From: a virus
Lineage: Duplodnaviria > Caudoviricetes
DNA length: 61,879 nt
Direction: 5' to 3' (one strand)
IMG/VR virus record: IMGVR_UViG_3300032073_003536
Location: 1-61,879 of that record
Shown here: in pieces, positions 56,394-61,879 of the stretch
How the letters are laid out: each line of letters opens with the position of its first letter
How positions within the stretch are numbered: position 1 is the stretch's first letter
Translations under genes and position numbers: made by a program
Notes under the pieces: generated by a model
Database searches by the model: none
Told to the model about the DNA's origin: nothing
The model's input: the letters and a program-made list of their open reading frames with translations, nothing else

Positions 56394-57016
56394 TGTACCT
56401 AAAAGCCGAGCATGAGTTAGACAAGAGTCTGGCTGAAGACCACTTCACTGTTTTATTCCATTATGCTCAAGAGAGTGAAACTCAAGTATTAATTAATGAG
56501 TTCATGCAAACCAAACTGGACACTATTACTGGTGTAAGAAACCAAACAGATGTTGATATTCATTTGCATGATGTATTTGACTTACATCCAACTGGCAAAG
56601 AACATAAAGAACGATTACAACAATCGTTACAAGAGTTGCGTAAAGAACAAGCCGGTAATATATTATTTGACCAAATACATTTCCATAGTACAACTCCTTT
56701 AGAAGTAGACCAACCTCAGATTGTAGCAGATGGTCCATATGATTTAGTGTATGTAAACTTACCTTACAAATTGCCACAGAGTCCTAATAGTGTAGACCTA
56801 GTCGTAGGTGAAACAATTAAGTTATGGTGGTCTGGAATAGAGCCTGGCGGCATTATGCTTATACCAGACTATGATAAAATTGCTATAAGGCGTCAAGTAG
56901 ATTTATTTGTAAGAAGTAAACAATGCGAATATGAAAAATATTATGATACTAACTGGGACCAACCAGAACTAGGCGAAGACCATTTTATGATTGCACTTAG
57001 AAAAGATGAGATTTAA
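56393..57016 (+). CDS. Divergent methyltransferase-fold protein
   Basis: YDLVYVN...IEPGGIMLIPDY; no clear glycine-rich motif I. Confidence 0.45.
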   Translation: MYLKAEHELDKSLAEDHFTVLFHYAQESETQVLINEFMQTKLDTITGVRNQTDVDIHLHDVFDLHPTGKEHKERLQQSLQELRKEQAGNILFDQIHFHSTTPLEVDQPQIVADGPYDLVYVNLPYKLPQSPNSVDLVVGETIKLWWSGIEPGGIMLIPDYDKIAIRRQVDLFVRSKQCEYEKYYDTNWDQPELGEDHFMIALRKDEI

Positions 57017-58028
57017 AGAACAAAACGTAGACATTATTATTGAAGAACATGGCTTTGGTCCATGGCTTAAAGAATTAAAACCTGACCTTAATATGCGTAA
57101 AGTACTTGTTATAGCAAGTAGCAGTATTAATATGGACTTAATAAAACAAGAACTTGATAAATGTAGATTTGAGAACGTAGCATATTTAATAGATAGTTTT
57201 GTAGATCCAACTACAAATAGTATTCAACAAGCACACAATATTTTTGTACAATCTCAATGCGATACTATTATTGCAATAGGTGGTGGAAGTGTAATTGATT
57301 TAGCCAAAGGCATAATGTATGAAGAAATAGGAAACCATGTTATTTTTATAGCATGTCCTACAACGTATGCTGGAACTGAACTAACCAAAGGTTTTATGGT
57401 TGTTAGAGATGACTTAACTAAAAAAAGTGTGTATGACGTAGCCGTACAGCCAAATGTTATACTAATTGATCCTATTTTAGCACACACTTTACCACATAAA
57501 ATTAGTGTTGTTGTGGCACTCGATGCCTTAACTCATTGCTTAGAAGGAGCGACAAGCAGTCTAAAGAACCCTGTAGCAGACGGTAGTGCTCTGTATGGAG
57601 TACAACTAATAACACAACATTTACCCACAGAAACTATAGACAAGCAATGGCGTATAGATATGGCTATTGCAGGATTACTTGGTAGCAAAGCAATGGACTG
57701 TGGACTAGGACATATACACACAATAACTTATGCTATTGCAAACAATACTAGTTTATCTCACGGTGAACTTAATTGTTTGTTTGCACCATTTGTAATTGCA
57801 AAAACATTAGAGTATGATCCTGATGTATACAAATACATTGACATTGAAAAAGTTCTGTCAATATATAAACATTATATTGTGGAATGGAATTTGATGTCTA
57901 GGTATACCGACGAGCATGAAGATAGATTTATTGCTCAGGCTGTACAGGACTCTGCATATATTAGTCACCCTGTAACTTTTAAAGCACAAGACTTTCAAGA
58001 AATATTTGACAACATTATCTCGTTCTAA
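57006..58028 (+). CDS. Iron-containing alcohol dehydrogenase family
   Basis: GGGSVIDLAK, PTTYAGTE, DALTHCLEG, H...SHG. Confidence 0.9.
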   Translation: MRFKEQNVDIIIEEHGFGPWLKELKPDLNMRKVLVIASSSINMDLIKQELDKCRFENVAYLIDSFVDPTTNSIQQAHNIFVQSQCDTIIAIGGGSVIDLAKGIMYEEIGNHVIFIACPTTYAGTELTKGFMVVRDDLTKKSVYDVAVQPNVILIDPILAHTLPHKISVVVALDALTHCLEGATSSLKNPVADGSALYGVQLITQHLPTETIDKQWRIDMAIAGLLGSKAMDCGLGHIHTITYAIANNTSLSHGELNCLFAPFVIAKTLEYDPDVYKYIDIEKVLSIYKHYIVEWNLMSRYTDEHEDRFIAQAVQDSAYISHPVTFKAQDFQEIFDNIISF

Positions 58029-58218
58029 TAAACCTTTCCCATTGTCTCTCATGAGCATAGTATAAAAACATTTTAGTAATTACTTCTAAACTTGCTATAC
58101 TTACACCCGCAACTATATTTCCTGTAATTAACCAACTCAGTAAGAAAGTATCTAAACTTGCTACTACTCTCCAAGTACAAGTTTTATAAAAACTATATCG
58201 CTTTTTTGCTTTTGCCAT
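58015..58218 (-). CDS. DUF2061 membrane protein
   Basis: KTCTWR...DT...KMFLYYAHERQW; AGGAG RBS. Confidence 0.85.
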   Translation of the reverse strand: MAKAKKRYSFYKTCTWRVVASLDTFLLSWLITGNIVAGVSIASLEVITKMFLYYAHERQWERFIRTR

Positions 58219-58232
58219 TATTTGACTCCTTA

Positions 58233-58262
58233 GAAAAAGAAAGGAGACCGAAGCCTCCCTTC
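58233..58262 (-). terminator. Rho-independent terminator
   Basis: Minus strand AGGGAGGC-TTCG-GTCTCCTTTCTTTTT. Confidence 0.8.
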
Positions 58263-58281
58263 CAACTTTCACTTAGAAAAA

Positions 58282-58524
58282 CTACTTTTTGCCGTCTTTC
58301 TTAAATAAGTGATATAACACAAAGGCACCTACAAGACCTAGCAATCCTTCTGCGGAAAGGCCTTTAAGAATACCCATAACATTGTCCACTACACTTACCT
58401 CGGGCCAGAAAGGAATTCCTGTGCCGTTGAATAAGACTTCGAGAACTATGCCAAGTGCTAAAAGTGATAATCCTGTTTGTGTCAAACCGTGAGCCCAATC
58501 ACCCACCTTCTTGATTATATCCAT
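58282..58524 (-). CDS. Small membrane protein (paralog of 14776..15003)
   Basis: SLLALGIVLEVLF...VVDNV...GLLGL. Confidence 0.75.
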   Translation of the reverse strand: MDIIKKVGDWAHGLTQTGLSLLALGIVLEVLFNGTGIPFWPEVSVVDNVMGILKGLSAEGLLGLVGAFVLYHLFKKDGKK

Positions 58525-58617
58525 ATAATATTCTCCCATTGGTTATTATAAAACCAATATTATTTACGCCTGTATTCTAAAGGTAAACTACTACTATAAG
58601 TTAAATAAGTACTTTAA

Positions 58618-59196
58618 TTGGATGAAACTAAGGATAACTACCGCCAAATGTTAATAGAACTAGAAAATATTAATTTTGAACACGAAATCGAGGTTTCCGG
58701 GTACGACAAGAGCATTATTTCAATATTGAATGCCTATGCTTTTGAAAAGAAAACAACAGGATTGGTTGAATTTGGGAGAGGTAACGGAAATTTATTTTCA
58801 TTTATTTCTGATGCTAGTATGGGAACGGTATCAATTCTAGAAGATTTCACACAAACTATATTTCAAGGCGATTCTACACAATATAAGGATTTAGAAGTTA
58901 CAACTTACAATGCATTTGCAGGCAAACCACTTGACCAAAAGTTTGATTTTATATATTGTTCTTTACCTAATATGATACCAGGATTTGAACAGCATATATT
59001 TGAGTCTAGATTAAAAATGGCATTTGAAAATTTGATGCTTATGCTTAATGAAGATGGTATACTTATAACTGTAGACTTTAATACCCAAAGCATTAAGACA
59101 ATAATAGAATCATTAGACAAGCCTTATATGCCTTATATTCAAACTAATGATGATGACATTAATCCTGCATACTATATGTGTGCAATAAAAAACTAA
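58618..59196 (+). CDS. Divergent class I methyltransferase-like protein
   Basis: VEFGRGNG, KFDFIYC, LNEDGILI. Confidence 0.55.
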   Translation: MDETKDNYRQMLIELENINFEHEIEVSGYDKSIISILNAYAFEKKTTGLVEFGRGNGNLFSFISDASMGTVSILEDFTQTIFQGDSTQYKDLEVTTYNAFAGKPLDQKFDFIYCSLPNMIPGFEQHIFESRLKMAFENLMLMLNEDGILITVDFNTQSIKTIIESLDKPYMPYIQTNDDDINPAYYMCAIKN

Positions 59197-59211
59197 CAAA
59201 GACACTAAAAT

Positions 59212-59850
59212 ATGAAATTTTACGATTACGATTTAGAGTACAGCGAAAAATGTTTTACCCCATCAACTGTAAGTAATTTAACTGCACCAAGAATACCTGT
59301 ACAAGGTAAAAAAGTTTTAGACCTGGGTTGTGGTATAGGTCCATTGTCTGTTTATTTTGCTAAGAATGGTGCTAGTTGGGTAACAGCAACAGATATATAC
59401 GAAGAACATATTAAGTATGCTAGGCTCAATGCACAAAAACATAATGTAGACATTGGTATAGTTCAGGGAGATTTATTTGAAAACATCTCTGATACATATG
59501 ATATAATATGTTGTGATGTATCTGGCATAGATAGACGAGTAGCAGAAATTACAGATTGGTTTCCTAGTGGCGTACCAATAGCAGATGAAACAGGTAACAA
59601 CATAATTTGCAAAGCAATAGAACAAGCACCAAAATATCTAAATGAAGGAGGCGAGATGTATATTTGCGTATCTTCTTTTTCTGATATTAAAAAACTAGAA
59701 GAGACCGTAGGTGACAAAGGCGGACCTATATTTGAAAAGAACATTCCTTTTAGTAAAACATTAATGGAAAAGCATCATTTATTAGATCCTAATAGTTTTA
59801 TAAAAAGAGGTTCTAGGTTCATGTGGACGTTTAGTTTATGGAAGATTTAG
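59212..59850 (+). CDS. Class I SAM-dependent methyltransferase
   Basis: VLDLGCGIG, TDI, GDLFE, YDII, YLNEGG. Confidence 0.9.
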   Translation: MKFYDYDLEYSEKCFTPSTVSNLTAPRIPVQGKKVLDLGCGIGPLSVYFAKNGASWVTATDIYEEHIKYARLNAQKHNVDIGIVQGDLFENISDTYDIICCDVSGIDRRVAEITDWFPSGVPIADETGNNIICKAIEQAPKYLNEGGEMYICVSSFSDIKKLEETVGDKGGPIFEKNIPFSKTLMEKHHLLDPNSFIKRGSRFMWTFSLWKI

Positions 59851-60050
59851 TAAAAGAAATATTACAAGAGCCAGAATTTAAACAAGGTGGATTTGTTTAT
59901 AAACACGTTGCTGGTGGTAACCCTGAACCTTTAAGAGCAGTACAGAGTACAGTAGACCGAATGAGAGAACTTCATGATATAGAAGACTCCCAATTCGGTA
60001 AACTGTGTGAAAGACTACTTAACGAAATTACTAAGATTTGTAAATCTTAA
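59838..60050 (+). CDS. Hypothetical protein
   Basis: Coupled ORF. Confidence 0.55.
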   Translation: MEDLVKEILQEPEFKQGGFVYKHVAGGNPEPLRAVQSTVDRMRELHDIEDSQFGKLCERLLNEITKICKS

Positions 60051-60774
60051 GTACTTCAGCAACTGCTGGATGTCTTTCAATTTGCCTGTGGTCAAACTCA
60101 ATTAAATTTATTCTGTCAGAACTAAATTGCTTTAACCTATCAATAAAGTCAGCAAGTCCATTACTAGTAAAACCTCTATCATGTTGATTAAGGTCACCAG
60201 TAACAATCAACTTACTGCCGTCACCTATTCTAGTAAGTAACATCTTCATTTGTTCTTGAGTTGCATTTTGCATCTCGTCTGCAATTATAATTGCATTTTT
60301 AAAAGTTCTTCCTCTCATATAGGCAAGAGGTGCCACTTCAAGTTTATTGTTTTCTACTAAGTATTCCATTTCTTTGGGATGATAATACTCATCGAATATA
60401 TCAAATATGGGTCTAGTCCATGGCGCCATTTTTTCTACTAACGAGCCAGGTAGAAAACCATGTTGTTCATCTACACTAACTGCCGGTCTAGTTATAACTA
60501 TTTTATCCACGTTACTATTTCTAAATTCTTTGATAGCATATAATGTACTAATCAAAGTTTTACCCGTCCCTGCAGGTCCTGTCGTGAATACTATGTTATT
60601 GTTGGGATTTGTTAGCGACTCTAATAAGTCGTCTTGTTTAAAGTTCCTTGGAACTATGTTGACTGTCTTCTGTCTTTGTATGGTCTCTACTTGACCACCT
60701 CGAATTATCTTCAAATTTCTGTTCTCCCTAATTTGTGTTTTAAATTGACGTTCTTTACGTTTCTTTCTGGACAT
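60031..60774 (-). CDS. phoH: PhoH family ATPase
   Basis: GPAGTGKT, ITRPAV, GFLPG, YMRGRT, DEMQN, LTRIG, GDLNQ. Confidence 0.95.
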   Translation of the reverse strand: MSRKKRKERQFKTQIRENRNLKIIRGGQVETIQRQKTVNIVPRNFKQDDLLESLTNPNNNIVFTTGPAGTGKTLISTLYAIKEFRNSNVDKIVITRPAVSVDEQHGFLPGSLVEKMAPWTRPIFDIFDEYYHPKEMEYLVENNKLEVAPLAYMRGRTFKNAIIIADEMQNATQEQMKMLLTRIGDGSKLIVTGDLNQHDRGFTSNGLADFIDRLKQFSSDRINLIEFDHRQIERHPAVAEVLKIYKS

Positions 60775-60973
60775 GTTACTATACTCCTTGAATGCCGCCC
60801 AAACGAATACAATGCAGAATAAATTCCTGCAAGATGACTCTTATTGGGGGGATTTGATATATGTTTGTGTTTAGTTTGATTTAACATACTCATATATTAC
60901 TTATCTTTCGGTCCTTTTAGAATAACTAATTAGTTAATGAAATGATAAATACATTTACAATAGGAATATATAC

Positions 60974-61549
60974 ATGCAAACCTTAAAAATTATTAATGAC
61001 AACATAAGAAAAATATCCGAAACTAATACGTTGTTGGATATGCTTTTAGAGTTCGAAGGAGTGTTAGATACATTTGATATGTATGCTTACAAGAACTGGA
61101 AAAAGGGTGAAGTTATAAACGGACCTAAACTAGGTAGATACTTTATTGAGGTAGCATTAATGTATCCGTATGAGGATATGCCAGATCCTGAAGCATTACT
61201 TCGTTTGAAAGCAAATGATTGCGATGTTAAAATGTACAAGGATCAGTTAATTAAAAGTAAGAAGATTAAAAGTGTTGAAGACACGGAAGTAGTAGTACGA
61301 GGTAATGCTCCAAGGCGTGTTGCTAAAAAAGAACAACATGATGTCTGGATAGTTGAAGTAAAAATGCCAAGACGTTTTGTAGATGAATTTAGCACAGAAC
61401 AAATTGAAGCGGCAGAAGATGCCTACGTAGACATGGAGGCTATCCAAAGCGGTGTTGACCAAAATTTAGAAAACCCAATCAACAATGCAGATCCTATGGC
61501 ACCACCAGTTGATCCTATGGCAGGAACAACACCAGGAGTTGGTCTATAA
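60974..61549 (+). CDS. Conserved jumbo-phage hypothetical protein
   Basis: LLEFEGVLD...NWKKGE..GP...MPDP; GATAAATA at 60944-60951. Confidence 0.75.
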   Translation: MQTLKIINDNIRKISETNTLLDMLLEFEGVLDTFDMYAYKNWKKGEVINGPKLGRYFIEVALMYPYEDMPDPEALLRLKANDCDVKMYKDQLIKSKKIKSVEDTEVVVRGNAPRRVAKKEQHDVWIVEVKMPRRFVDEFSTEQIEAAEDAYVDMEAIQSGVDQNLENPINNADPMAPPVDPMAGTTPGVGL

Positions 61550-61879
61550 TGAGTTTAGAACATTATGACTTAAAAGAAGTCGTTAAAGATGAAATAAGTA
61601 TCGATGAGTTTGAACCTAAAACAGGTGAGAAAGAAAACGTTGCTGTATTTGGTTTTTATGTAACTGAAAAAGCAGTTGGTGACGACTTAGCAAATTTTCT
61701 AGATAAAAGTTCCTTTGATTTCAGAGATGTCGAAGTAACTCCAAATCCAAATCCAGATAATTTATATATGGTATTTGTTGAAGTAGATAGACAACCTGGA
61801 ATAGTTGACATGATTAAAGAAGTTGCCAAAGATGTTGTAAACATTGCAGGCAAAATGGATTGGAGAGGTAAGCCATTAC
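61549..61879 (+). CDS. Partial hypothetical protein (runs off window end)
   Basis: TAATG-coupled; MSLEHYDLKEVV...ISIDEFEPKTG open to the end. Confidence 0.75.
   Translation, partial: MSLEHYDLKEVVKDEISIDEFEPKTGEKENVAVFGFYVTEKAVGDDLANFLDKSSFDFRDVEVTPNPNPDNLYMVFVEVDRQPGIVDMIKEVAKDVVNIAGKMDWRGKPL

Noticed and set aside
1-61879. Stop-codon reassignment
   Set aside because: Conserved genes are full length under code 11 and end at TAA, TAG (clpP) or TGA (clpS)

Overview
This AT-rich window is densely coded, uses genetic code 11, and most likely comes from a large (jumbo) tailed dsDNA phage of an aquatic, probably proteobacterial, host (host is inference). Phage evidence: GH24 lysozyme, SleB-type wall hydrolase, Ser/Thr/Gly-rich PKD virion proteins, RFC clamp loader, a stand-alone DnaE fragment, PhoH, a GroES-like protein, many small orphan ORFs, near-consensus sigma70 promoters and a recurrent T4-late-like (G)ATAAATA motif. 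The host-like cargo is unusually complete: a full SUF Fe-S pathway (sufBCDS, sufT, sufE, sufA), ferredoxin, bacterioferritin, peroxiredoxin, ClpX/ClpP/ClpS, Hsp20, ribosomal proteins bS21 and bL33, FabF, NadE, GuaC, QueD, a TorF-type porin and glycan-modifying enzymes. The strongest unexplained signal is non-coding: an approximately 430-nt structured RNA upstream of hsp20, built from duplicated modules. It has twin covarying GUAA hairpins, twin hairpins with exactly complementary loops, and four RGACAC motifs. Several further structured-RNA candidates, systematic leaderless promoters and a membrane-anchored alveolin-like repeat protein pair are also present. All calls come from motifs and base-pairing read by eye; no searches or folding programs were run.
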